Source: Candidatus Poribacteria bacterium
Lineage (GTDB): Bacteria; Poribacteria; WGA-4E; WGA-3G
Length of the DNA: 64,000 nt
Assembly (NCBI GenBank): GCA_965214095.1
Contig: OZ243938.1
Location: 3,840,001-3,904,000 of the forward strand
Direction: 5' to 3'
Shown here: piece by piece, positions 37,982-47,333 of the stretch
How positions within the stretch are numbered: position 1 is the first letter of the stretch
Layout of the letters: each line of letters starts with the position of its first letter
Made by a program: the position numbers and the translations under genes
The notes under the pieces: generated by a model
Told to the model about the DNA's origin: nothing
What the model saw: only the letters and a program-made list of their open reading frames with translations
Database searches by the model: none

Positions 37982-38036
37982 AACGCGTTAGTAGTCGCGC
38001 AATGCATTGCATCTAGTGTTCTGTCTACTCTAATCT

Positions 38037-38120
38037 TGTAGGTCGGGTAGAGGCACGAAACCCGACATGCAGCCATTTATCATCAATAAAGTCGGGTTTC
38101 GTGCCTCTACCCGACCTACA
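38037..38120. repeat. REPIN-type inverted GTAG-REP doublet
   Basis: tgtaggtcgggtagaggcacgaaacccgac ... gtcgggtttcgtgcctctacccgacctaca (perfect inverted pair). Confidence 0.85.
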
Positions 38121-38242
38121 ATGTCCGAATGGACACTCCACTAGGACATCTCCTTGCATAAGAAAGATACGCTAATTCAAATCGTATTACTAAACCCTAC
38201 CCAACCTCCAATAAAATGGATTCCAAATCTTCTAAACCATAT

Positions 38243-39223
38243 CTAAGCATACGCAGCTTGAATCAACGCATTTATATATCCAAATTGATATGCCCACGCC
38301 TGCCGAACTCGTCCAGACACACCTTCAGGAGCAGTATCGTCAGGATGAGATGGTGCATGGTCTGGCATCAACATATACGGATAATCCACATCACGTAAGG
38401 TTTGTGCAACCTTATACATATCCACATCACCTTCGTCAGGCCACACCTCTTGGAAGTTGTGCAAACCACCCCGTATATTGCGGAAATGTATGTTGAATAT
38501 CTTTTTGCGTTCACCAAAATACGCAATAATCTCGTATAATTCAGAACCGGGATCCTCTAAACCCTCAGATACAACTCCGCAGCAGAAATTAAATCCGTGA
38601 TATGGACTTTCATTGATTTCAGCAAATCTTTTTAATCCATCAAATATCGGATAATTCCAACGTTCAACACCTCGTAAAATTGGCGCAGGTGGATCATTAG
38701 GATGACATGCCATCTGAACCTTGTTTTCTTCCGCAACAGGAATGACATGTTCAAGAAAGTATGCAATTCTGTCAAATGCCTCTTCCCGACTCACCTCACC
38801 TGCATCAGAAAGTGTATCGTTGTCATACTTAGAGAAATCAAATGTACTATACCTTGAACCACCACGTCCAAGCGTGCTTTCTGTCCGTTGATGATTCAGG
38901 ATACAGAAATTATAGTTCAGACCACGTAAACCTGCCTTCGCAGCATGCTCTATGGTCTCACACACGCCATCAAGGTCTCTATCTCGTTGTGGATCTTGAG
39001 CCAATGTAATACTTCTTGGTAGTCCAATATGAATCATCTCAAGACTCACACCCGCAGCTTCTGCTTCTGCTTTGTGTTGCATCAACGTCTCGGGTTGAGT
39101 GTTTCTGACTGAAGCATCCATGTGTGTAACACCATGCCGCACAAGAAACTCCAACTCTTTTGGAGATGTCCCTACACCCTGTACCCCTACATGCATCTTC
39201 CCATTGTTGTTTGTTGTTTCCAT
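38243..39223 (-). CDS. Mannonate dehydratase (UxuA)-family TIM-barrel protein
   Basis: RBS AAGGAGG; MACHPNDPP, GFNFCCG, IHFRN, DEGDVDM, MPDHAP. Confidence 0.8.
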   Translation of the reverse strand: METTNNNGKMHVGVQGVGTSPKELEFLVRHGVTHMDASVRNTQPETLMQHKAEAEAAGVSLEMIHIGLPRSITLAQDPQRDRDLDGVCETIEHAAKAGLRGLNYNFCILNHQRTESTLGRGGSRYSTFDFSKYDNDTLSDAGEVSREEAFDRIAYFLEHVIPVAEENKVQMACHPNDPPAPILRGVERWNYPIFDGLKRFAEINESPYHGFNFCCGVVSEGLEDPGSELYEIIAYFGERKKIFNIHFRNIRGGLHNFQEVWPDEGDVDMYKVAQTLRDVDYPYMLMPDHAPSHPDDTAPEGVSGRVRQAWAYQFGYINALIQAAYA

Positions 39224-39420
39224 AACACAATCCTCCTTTTGGTATAGAATCCATTGACGAATTGTATCATGTTCACAACTTATGGTCAATTCCTACAACA
39301 TGTACTCTTGTTAGACGGGTTTCCAACCCGATTTCTTTTTACACGTTACACAAAAACAACATTGCCATAAATAACAATACATGCTAAATTGAAAATAGCA
39401 AACAGAAGAGACTTATCACT

Positions 39421-40272
39421 ATGAAAACTAAATTTACCACACTACTCTTTTTCGCAATATTTCTACCACATTTCTTCAATTCTACATCAATAGCATTGCA
39501 AGATCCGCTTACACTCGGTGATCACTTTATTAAATTAAACAATTACGATGCTGCGATCACAGAATATAAACGGTTCATTTTCTTTCATCCAGACGATATA
39601 CGCGTCTCAGAAACCTACAATCAGATCGGACTCGCATATCGTTCACAAGGCTTATGGCAAGAAGCAATATTCGCACTGAGAAATGCCGTCTTAAACGCAA
39701 ATACAGACGAGCATAAATCTGTATTTCAACTTAACCTCGCAGTTACACTCATCGCATCAGAAAACTATGACCTTGCCCGATTAGAATTGATCAAAGTGAT
39801 GCTACGAAACACAAGTGATACAACATACAAACGTTCACTATTTTTACAAGCAGTGACGTATATTTACCAGTATCGATGGGAGGATGCTCGTAAAATCCTT
39901 AAGGACTATACCACTGATGAATCGCTAAATCAACTCTTTGAGAAAGCGATGAATCTCACACAAAAGTCTACAAAAGTCGCCAAAGTGTTATCCGCAGTCA
40001 TACCGGGAACAGGTCAGATGTATGCAGGCAGCTGGGGAGGCGGGTTGAACGCACTTGGACTAAACGGGGTGCTTGGATACGTTACAGTAGATGCCGTCTT
40101 GAATGGTCATTACATAGATGCAGCGTTATGGACATACTTTATTTTTAGGAGATACTATATGGGAAATCTGTATAGATCAGGAACCGCAGTAGAAACATAT
40201 AATCAAGAACAATCCCAACGTGCCGCTGAAAACATCCTACAAAGTCTTCAGGAAATTGCCAACAAGAAGTGA
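39421..40272 (+). CDS. Exported TPR-repeat protein
   Basis: Signal peptide; YDAAITEYKRF TPR; LSAVIPGTGQMYAG TM2-like motif. Confidence 0.75.
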   Translation: MKTKFTTLLFFAIFLPHFFNSTSIALQDPLTLGDHFIKLNNYDAAITEYKRFIFFHPDDIRVSETYNQIGLAYRSQGLWQEAIFALRNAVLNANTDEHKSVFQLNLAVTLIASENYDLARLELIKVMLRNTSDTTYKRSLFLQAVTYIYQYRWEDARKILKDYTTDESLNQLFEKAMNLTQKSTKVAKVLSAVIPGTGQMYAGSWGGGLNALGLNGVLGYVTVDAVLNGHYIDAALWTYFIFRRYYMGNLYRSGTAVETYNQEQSQRAAENILQSLQEIANKK

Positions 40273-40284
40273 TGGCTCAATCTC

Positions 40285-42180
40285 TCACGACTTCATCCGT
40301 GTCTGCATAATATACACAACACCAAGGAGGACAATACCAATAACAAACGTCCAGATAGAATTCATATAAGCGAGCAATGCCGCAACACCAAGCAAAACAG
40401 ACTCATACCAAGTCGTTTTACGCATGAAGTAACCCATCGCAACAGTCGCGAAAATGATAGTACCAGCAAGAGCAGTCACTACAGAAGTCACATATTGAAT
40501 CGGTGTCCCGCCAATAAATAGAATATGCGTATAAGCAAAAAGCAGTGGCATGATATATAGCAGCTTAGCAAACTTAATACATGCCCAACCAGTTTTCCAC
40601 GGGTCAGCACGCGCAATTGCAGCCCCCGCATAAGCACCTAACGCAACAGGAGGCGTAATGTTAGAGTCTTGACTCAACCAAAAAATAATCAAGTGAGAGG
40701 CAATAACGGATATTCCCATCTCAGGACTCGTTAGTATCGGTACAGCAAGTTGAGAGGTAATCAGATACGCAGCAGTAACGGGTATACCCATACCAAGCAC
40801 TAATGAAGCAGCAGCAAGCAGTAACACCGCAATCGCTCGGTTACTACCCGCAACAGACAAAACTAAATCAGGAAACTTTGAACCCAAGTCTGTTAGATTT
40901 ATAACACCGATGATAATACCGATGGTACCGACCGCACCACCGATAGCAAGTGAGTTCTTGGCACCCGCAACCATTGCTTCCCAAATCCGTTTGGGAGTCA
41001 AACGCGTTTCAGGACGGAAATAACTCACAACAATCGTAACAAGTATGGAGTAGAATGCAGCTTTATATGCTGAATACCCAGTCATGAGTGCACCAATGAG
41101 TGAAACCAACGGTAATAGGTAATACCACCCCGTTTTTAGAAGCACAGATAACTTGGGTATTTCTGATTGTGGTAACGGTTCAATGCCCTGTTTTTTCGCT
41201 TCAAAATGCACCATCAACCATACGGACATAAAATATAGGATTGCAGGCACAATTGATATAAGAGCGATTGTGCTATACGGTGCACCGGTCCGTTCTGCAA
41301 TCAGAAATGCACCTGCACCCATCACCGGCGGCAAGAATTGTCCGCCGACAGACGCGGATGCTTCTACTGCTCCCGCAATGTGCGGACGAAAACCTGTGCG
41401 TTTCATCAGTGGAATCGTAAATGCACCAGTGGTAACAGTATTGGCAATTGCACTACCCGCAACAGAACCGAAAAAACCAGAGGTAACAACGGACACTTTG
41501 GCTGCGCCACCGATTGACCTGCCTGTAAGTGACATCGGCAAATCAATGAAGAACTGACCAACACCAGATTTTTCCAAAAACGCACCGAAGAAAATAAAAA
41601 GGATAACATAAGTCGCCATCACATTTGCCATAATACCGAATATACCGTCTTGATTGAAAAAACAGTGTTCAATAATACGACGTAATGAGAAACCCGGATT
41701 CTGAATAACTTCTGGCATACTACGACCAAAGAGGGCGTAAAGGATTCCCACTGCAGCAATGATTGACAAACCCCAACCGACCGTCCGACGACTCATCTCA
41801 AAACTTACGATGAGTCCAAGAGCACCCATCACAATATCCAACTGCGTATAAGCACCAGCACGGTCGACAATATTGGGATAATCAATTATCCAATAACCAA
41901 TGGAGCATACACTGAAAACTACCAATAATATATCAATTATAGAGGGACGAGAGGAAGGCGAACGATGACGAAATTTATAGAGGATACCGATTAAGACAAA
42001 AGTAAAAAGTAGATATAAACCGAGATGATACTGTTCGGAAGCCGTGCCAAAACCTGCACTATAAATATAGAAACCGACAAAAAGGACGGCACAAATCTCA
42101 AAAATCCATTTGGAAATGCCCTGTATTTCGGGACGTTGTTTTGTAAATGCTGTTACTTCTTGTGTTTCTATCTGTTCCAT
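40285..42180 (-). CDS. TRAP transporter fused 4TM/12TM permease
   Basis: GGAAKVSVVTSGFFGSVAGSAIANTVTTG, EASASVGGQFLPPVMGAGAF, SNITPPVAL. Confidence 0.92.
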   Translation of the reverse strand: MEQIETQEVTAFTKQRPEIQGISKWIFEICAVLFVGFYIYSAGFGTASEQYHLGLYLLFTFVLIGILYKFRHRSPSSRPSIIDILLVVFSVCSIGYWIIDYPNIVDRAGAYTQLDIVMGALGLIVSFEMSRRTVGWGLSIIAAVGILYALFGRSMPEVIQNPGFSLRRIIEHCFFNQDGIFGIMANVMATYVILFIFFGAFLEKSGVGQFFIDLPMSLTGRSIGGAAKVSVVTSGFFGSVAGSAIANTVTTGAFTIPLMKRTGFRPHIAGAVEASASVGGQFLPPVMGAGAFLIAERTGAPYSTIALISIVPAILYFMSVWLMVHFEAKKQGIEPLPQSEIPKLSVLLKTGWYYLLPLVSLIGALMTGYSAYKAAFYSILVTIVVSYFRPETRLTPKRIWEAMVAGAKNSLAIGGAVGTIGIIIGVINLTDLGSKFPDLVLSVAGSNRAIAVLLLAAASLVLGMGIPVTAAYLITSQLAVPILTSPEMGISVIASHLIIFWLSQDSNITPPVALGAYAGAAIARADPWKTGWACIKFAKLLYIMPLLFAYTHILFIGGTPIQYVTSVVTALAGTIIFATVAMGYFMRKTTWYESVLLGVAALLAYMNSIWTFVIGIVLLGVVYIMQTRMKS

Positions 42181-42186
42181 AAAGTG

Positions 42187-43584
42187 CTAAAAGTCTGTTG
42201 CAATCCCTACCATCACTGAGGTCTTATGGATAGGCTCAAATTGTACAACACCTTCATCTGTCGTTACACGACGGAAGCGATATTCATTGATTATAATCGT
42301 TTGAACAGGAGGAACAACAACATATCGGATTTCTAAGTTAAGAGCAGACCTTTCATCAAGATCAATCAAATCCTTGAAGAAACCTGTTATGCCATCTTCA
42401 CCAATATTCCGTTTAGTATAGAATGCACGAAATGAAAGACGTGGAACTAAACTAGATTCCTTTATGCCTAAATAGAGTTTTGATGTGTTATTGTTATATC
42501 TCTCAAAAGCACCCAGTAGATTGATTTGGGGTAGTGGTTGCCAAATAAGTTGTGTGTAATAACCGTGTCTCGCTTCATCGGTTTCTTCATATCCCCAAAA
42601 CTCAGGCGTTCCTATTTCATAAGTGTAATCAAAAACAGAAGGAATGTAGCCATCACTGAAAATACGGTATTCTAATTTGATAATCGCTTTGTTATGCACA
42701 AAACCGATACCGGTAGCATTTCCAATACCCAAGTCTGATACTGATGTAACCTCATCTGTTGTGGAATCATCCGGTTGTGTCTCAGTATCATCAACTTCTA
42801 AATCTATAACATCTGGTTTTGGAGGAGGATTAAGTGCAGCAATATCGTTATACAAATCAAGTCGAAAAGTACTACGTTCAAAAATTGGAAACCCAAAATC
42901 TACACCGACTGCATTCAAGGGTTCTTCACCTTTTTCCAGAGAGTTAGGGTCAATATCGGTAAGATAAGTAGCACCGACTTCAAATCGCGTCAAAAGGTTG
43001 TTGTTTTCTTGCCGTAGAAATGGTCGGTAAAACCCACGTCCACCGAAAATAGTGGGTGCACCGAAGTCATTCAACATTGTTTCAACACCATATTTCCTAT
43101 CAGATTTTCTGATGTTAAAATGCAAACCACGCCGATCATGATTAGAATAACCTGACATGATTGAACCGTGTCCTATCGTGAGATAGTCGAATTCACCCAG
43201 TCGGAAGTATAAAGGATCGTAAGGTTGTCCATAACGGAAATAGCGGATCAATCTTAACCAAGTGCTGAAGCTGTCCCATGTCTCACCATCCTCTGCCAGG
43301 AAGCGATCTTCTCCAACTTCTGCATAAGGATTGTAGAGCAACACAAAATCAAAACCCAGACCGAAATTGCCGATCGGGAATTCCGGTTGAAGTTGAAGTC
43401 GAACAAAAACATCACCGTTTATGAAAGTTAAGCCACCACCATAAAACCCACTTGTGAGGAAGTTCTTTTCAACCATCGGTGTTGACATATCTTGGGCAAA
43501 AATTGGCGGGCAAAAGAGAAACAGAAATGTGATAGCAATAAAAATACTTCGTCTTAACATACTAACCAACGTAATAGTTCTCAT
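42187..43584 (-). CDS. Hypothetical exported, probably outer-membrane beta-barrel protein
   Basis: Signal peptide; alternating beta-strands; terminal Phe. Confidence 0.6.
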   Translation of the reverse strand: MRTITLVSMLRRSIFIAITFLFLFCPPIFAQDMSTPMVEKNFLTSGFYGGGLTFINGDVFVRLQLQPEFPIGNFGLGFDFVLLYNPYAEVGEDRFLAEDGETWDSFSTWLRLIRYFRYGQPYDPLYFRLGEFDYLTIGHGSIMSGYSNHDRRGLHFNIRKSDRKYGVETMLNDFGAPTIFGGRGFYRPFLRQENNNLLTRFEVGATYLTDIDPNSLEKGEEPLNAVGVDFGFPIFERSTFRLDLYNDIAALNPPPKPDVIDLEVDDTETQPDDSTTDEVTSVSDLGIGNATGIGFVHNKAIIKLEYRIFSDGYIPSVFDYTYEIGTPEFWGYEETDEARHGYYTQLIWQPLPQINLLGAFERYNNNTSKLYLGIKESSLVPRLSFRAFYTKRNIGEDGITGFFKDLIDLDERSALNLEIRYVVVPPVQTIIINEYRFRRVTTDEGVVQFEPIHKTSVMVGIATDF

Positions 43585-44255
43585 GCATCAATTATCCTCC
43601 CATCCTTCATCTGAATAATGCGATCTGCATTCTCTTTGAGTCCTTCATGATGAGTTACAATCGCAATGGTAGTTTGATGTTCATGTCGTAATTCTTGTAT
43701 GAGATTCATCAAATTATCACTTTGTCGGCTGTCTAAGTTTGCGGTCGGTTCATCAGCAAAGATGATTTTGGGTCGGTTGGCGAGGGCTCTGGCAAAAGAG
43801 ACGCGTTGTTTTTCACCGCCAGAAAGTTGTCCAGGACGATGATGTAGTCGATCACTCAATCCTACGCGAGACAGTAGTTCAATCGCGCGATTCTCTGATT
43901 CAAATGCTTTTGTCTTAGCAATGTCCATCGCAACCATCACATTTTCCATCGCTGTGAGATACGGCAACAGATGAAACATTTGAAACACAAAACCGATCTT
44001 TTCTCTACGAATCATGCTAAGATCATGATTTACAGTATCAACTTGTTCCCCATCAATTCGGATTTCTCCATCATCAGGTGTCAATATGCAACCGAGTAGA
44101 CTGATAAGTGTTGTCTTTCCACAACCACTATCTCCCATAATCATCACCAATTCACGTTCTTCTATATGGATATCAACAGAATCGATGGCGACAACAGCAG
44201 CATCACCGAAACCAAAACGTTTTGTCAGACCGATACCTTCTATGATTGCTGACAT
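43581..44255 (-). CDS. ABC transporter ATP-binding protein (LolD/MacB type)
   Basis: GDSGCGKT, LSGGEKQRV, FADEPTANLD. Confidence 0.92.
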   Translation of the reverse strand: MSAIIEGIGLTKRFGFGDAAVVAIDSVDIHIEERELVMIMGDSGCGKTTLISLLGCILTPDDGEIRIDGEQVDTVNHDLSMIRREKIGFVFQMFHLLPYLTAMENVMVAMDIAKTKAFESENRAIELLSRVGLSDRLHHRPGQLSGGEKQRVSFARALANRPKIIFADEPTANLDSRQSDNLMNLIQELRHEHQTTIAIVTHHEGLKENADRIIQMKDGRIIDA

Positions 44256-44280
44256 AATTCACAACCTTATGGGATTTTCC

Positions 44281-45558
44281 TTAATTTGTTGATATTGTAG
44301 CCACTGCTGGTGCAATATCTGTAGACCGCATCTGTGTAGTATCAATTTCACCCCGAAACGCAACCATCGGATCAACTCTGATGGCTTTACGCGCCGCTAA
44401 ATAACCGCTACCACAACAGACAACAAAACTAATCAATACCACGATGATGGATTCTACAAAATGTATCTTTACAAAGATAGGTGCTGCAGCAGCAAAGATG
44501 TAAGAGAGACAGTATCCGATGAAAACACCAATGAGAGAAATTAATGCAACCTGTTTGAGTAAGAGCAGTATGACATAGTTATTTGATGCACCAATGGCTT
44601 TCAGAACGCCAATTTCTTGCGTCTTTTCCAACATCGTCACATAGGTAATCATTCCAACAATCAATCCTGCTGCTAACCATAGCATAACCCGTAAGAACTG
44701 CACTGCCTTCATCGGTTCGTCAACCCAATACTCCATAATATCCGAGAGCGTTTGGTTTAAACTACGTGCTTCAATCGTATCCCAAGCGTCTAAATTGGCT
44801 GCAACTTCTTCTGCAGTTTGAAGATTGTTTATGTTCAATGTTGTTTGATCAGGTGTTTGGAGTGTACCGATATTAGCACCAATTTGTTCCTGCAGTTGTT
44901 TATGTAGTGTTTTAGCAACCATCATATTAATATGCGGTGTGTTTTCAAGAATAACGCGTTGTGCAACACGAACATCCATAAATAATAATGGAGTATCCAA
45001 TACAAACATCAGGCTTTTTGCTTTTCCTACGACTCGAACTTGGTCTTTACTTATAGTGATAACTTCACCTATTTCAAGTCCCATTTTTTCATCAACAACC
45101 ACTTCATAAGACACATTGTCTTCAGGACGATAGTCATCATAAGTGCGGGGTGTAAACATTCTGCCCTCTACGACCTGTTTGGGACCCCCGAGTTCTCCTA
45201 ATGTATATCCTACAACCATTGCCTTTGTAGGTTTCCCATTAACGTTTGGTCGTGCTTGTGCAAAAATCAACGGAGAGGCTGAGTCTGGTACTAACCCTTC
45301 CGCTGATTTCAAACCCGCCATGTATTCCTCTGCCAACAGTGAGAAACCGATAAACGCACCGCCTGAACCTTCTCCAGAAATCCAGATATCAGCACCAGTA
45401 GATTTAACATACTGTTGTGCTTGGATACGCATGCCGTTCATTATCCCACCAAGCAGCAAAATAAGCGAAATCAGTACAATAATGCCGAGTGCTGTTAACA
45501 CAACTCTCGCTTGACGAAAACGCATGTCTTTTAAATATAGGTATTTCATAACTGCCAA
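44281..45558 (-). CDS. ABC transporter permease (FtsX/MacB type)
   Basis: N-terminal TM, periplasmic domain, EIGVLKAIGA motif, three C-terminal TMs. Confidence 0.88.
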   Translation of the reverse strand: MAVMKYLYLKDMRFRQARVVLTALGIIVLISLILLLGGIMNGMRIQAQQYVKSTGADIWISGEGSGGAFIGFSLLAEEYMAGLKSAEGLVPDSASPLIFAQARPNVNGKPTKAMVVGYTLGELGGPKQVVEGRMFTPRTYDDYRPEDNVSYEVVVDEKMGLEIGEVITISKDQVRVVGKAKSLMFVLDTPLLFMDVRVAQRVILENTPHINMMVAKTLHKQLQEQIGANIGTLQTPDQTTLNINNLQTAEEVAANLDAWDTIEARSLNQTLSDIMEYWVDEPMKAVQFLRVMLWLAAGLIVGMITYVTMLEKTQEIGVLKAIGASNNYVILLLLKQVALISLIGVFIGYCLSYIFAAAAPIFVKIHFVESIIVVLISFVVCCGSGYLAARKAIRVDPMVAFRGEIDTTQMRSTDIAPAVATISTN

Positions 45559-45590
45559 AAAAGTTTATATTGATTATTGTTGTATACTAA

Positions 45591-45729
45591 TTATAGTAAA
45601 ATGTAAGAATATGTGCACACTTCCGGTAGATGCGGTTTCCTAACCGCATCTATGAGACTGAACAAACACCGGTTCGGTTAGGAAACCGAACCTACCGTAG
45701 TGTGCCAATAATTGTGGTTTTTACTATAA
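45591..45729. repeat. MITE-like/REPIN composite repeat, copy 2 (inverted relative to copy 1)
   Basis: TTATAGTAAAA...TTTTACTATAA; same two REP hairpins. Confidence 0.85.
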
Positions 45730-45748
45730 TCTACTCAAACTTTGTTTG

Positions 45749-46042
45749 TTATTCTGATTCTATTTTCTTTGAATATTCAATTGCCCAATAGATTATTTTA
45801 CGGAGCACAATCATCAACGCAAGGACTAATAGGTTTTCCCAAAATGTAGATTTAATCGTTTCTCTAAAACGTTCAAAATTTGACAGTAAAGGGTCCGTTG
45901 TATGCCATGCTTTAACATTGAAATATATTGCTAAACCAATAGGGATAAGACTAACCCAAAGTCCGAAAATAAACTCTACTGTAATCAGCATAAAATATGC
46001 TGCATCGGACATCAACTTTATCAGTCTATTAAATTTATTCAA
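45749..46042 (-). CDS. Small hypothetical membrane protein
   Basis: Two hydrophobic helices; GAGAGG RBS upstream. Confidence 0.55.
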   Translation of the reverse strand: MNKFNRLIKLMSDAAYFMLITVEFIFGLWVSLIPIGLAIYFNVKAWHTTDPLLSNFERFRETIKSTFWENLLVLALMIVLRKIIYWAIEYSKKIESE

Positions 46043-46059
46043 GTGTACCTCTCAACTAA

Positions 46060-46968
46060 TCAATTAAGGTTATTTATTGATGCTATTCTTTCATGCATAG
46101 TCTGTCGTTTACGTCTGTGTAGTTGGACATGATCTAAATACATCTCATCATCTTTTTCCGATCCAGTATCCCGTTCAAGAAATAGTGGAAATTCTGATGC
46201 AGGAGGCTTAGCATTATGATAGGCGTGGCTATAACTCCGCATAATGATTCGTTGTTCACGGTTGAGCGTTTCTAACCAATCTTTTGATGAATGAAACCGA
46301 TCCGCAGGTGTAACCCAAGACGGACAATAAGCAACAAAGATGTTATATCGCACCACATCACTATCATTCGTTTCCACACGATGCCAAATACTGGAGTGCA
46401 TCACTGTCATTGTTCCCTTCCGAGGACATACAATTAACTCACCAGGTAGACTCTTATGTGTATCATATCCATTCATATATTGCTGTCGGTGGCTACCCGG
46501 CAACACAACAAGGTTTCCCATTCTTTCATGAGGTAGATCTGTCAACCAATATCCTATTTTGATTTGCAGAGGTAGATTGGGTGAAAACACACCATAAGGG
46601 AGTGCGCGTGCACCATCTGGATGCCACTGATTATACTGTTTGCCACCAGGTGGACGTAGAAAAAATTGACTCTGATGCAATTTGAGAAGCTCACCGAATA
46701 GATCATAAGCGTATCCAACGTGACGGTCATGATCAATCAACTCTGTAAAGACGGGATCACGTTCAACGATATTCTCCATTCCAAGGTAACCGCCTGCGGT
46801 ATATTTGGGATTACTTTCGGCAACACGATCTATTGCATCTTTATACACATCGATATCTTCATCTGATACTGCATTTTCAATGAAAATAATTCCGTCTTTA
46901 TTGAATGTATTCCACTGTTCCTGTGTAAATCCGGGTGGCGCAATTCGGTATTTCTTATCGGTTTCCAT
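46060..46968 (-). CDS. PhyH-family dioxygenase
   Basis: FNKDGIIF, WHPD, GNLVVLPGSH, IWHRVETN. Confidence 0.88.
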   Translation of the reverse strand: METDKKYRIAPPGFTQEQWNTFNKDGIIFIENAVSDEDIDVYKDAIDRVAESNPKYTAGGYLGMENIVERDPVFTELIDHDRHVGYAYDLFGELLKLHQSQFFLRPPGGKQYNQWHPDGARALPYGVFSPNLPLQIKIGYWLTDLPHERMGNLVVLPGSHRQQYMNGYDTHKSLPGELIVCPRKGTMTVMHSSIWHRVETNDSDVVRYNIFVAYCPSWVTPADRFHSSKDWLETLNREQRIIMRSYSHAYHNAKPPASEFPLFLERDTGSEKDDEMYLDHVQLHRRKRQTMHERIASINNLN

Positions 46969-47100
46969 TGGATGACTCCCTCGGTTGAATATAGATGAGA
47001 AAAAAGAGTGTATAGGTTAGATTAAACTTGCGAAATTTAAAATCCAAATGGATGTTTGTTTAACCCAACCTACAGGTTTAGTTTTACTCACCTTTATGAT

Positions 47101-47116
47101 AGCAAATTCTGTGCCA
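47101..47116 (-). promoter_or_regulatory. Sigma54 (-24/-12) promoter for the PhyH gene
   Basis: Minus strand TGGCAC-AGAAT-TTGCT. Confidence 0.7.
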
Positions 47117-47166
47117 GTCTAAGACCTCAGCACTGGTGGGTTCTTTGTATAATACCATGAGCGAAC

Positions 47167-47213
47167 TGCACATAAGAGTGCAAACCCCTCGTCCAACTGC
47201 ACAGAATAGTGCA
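47167..47213. promoter_or_regulatory. Two tandem palindromic enhancer-like sites
   Basis: TGCAC-ATAAGA-GTGCA (47167-47182) and TGCAC-AGAATA-GTGCA (47198-47213), 31 bp apart. Confidence 0.6.
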
Positions 47214-47230
47214 TTTCTACTTGAGGTCAA

Positions 47231-47327
47231 TTATGGTAAATTATTGAATTAATTTTACACATTGATGAGGCGAGGTTAGGAAACCGAACCTACCGTAGTG
47301 TATAAATAATTATGGTTTTTACTATAA
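47231..47327. repeat. MITE-like repeat, chimeric copy
   Basis: Left half matches the 37878 copy, right half matches the 45591 copy. Confidence 0.75.
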
Positions 47328-47333
47328 TACCCA

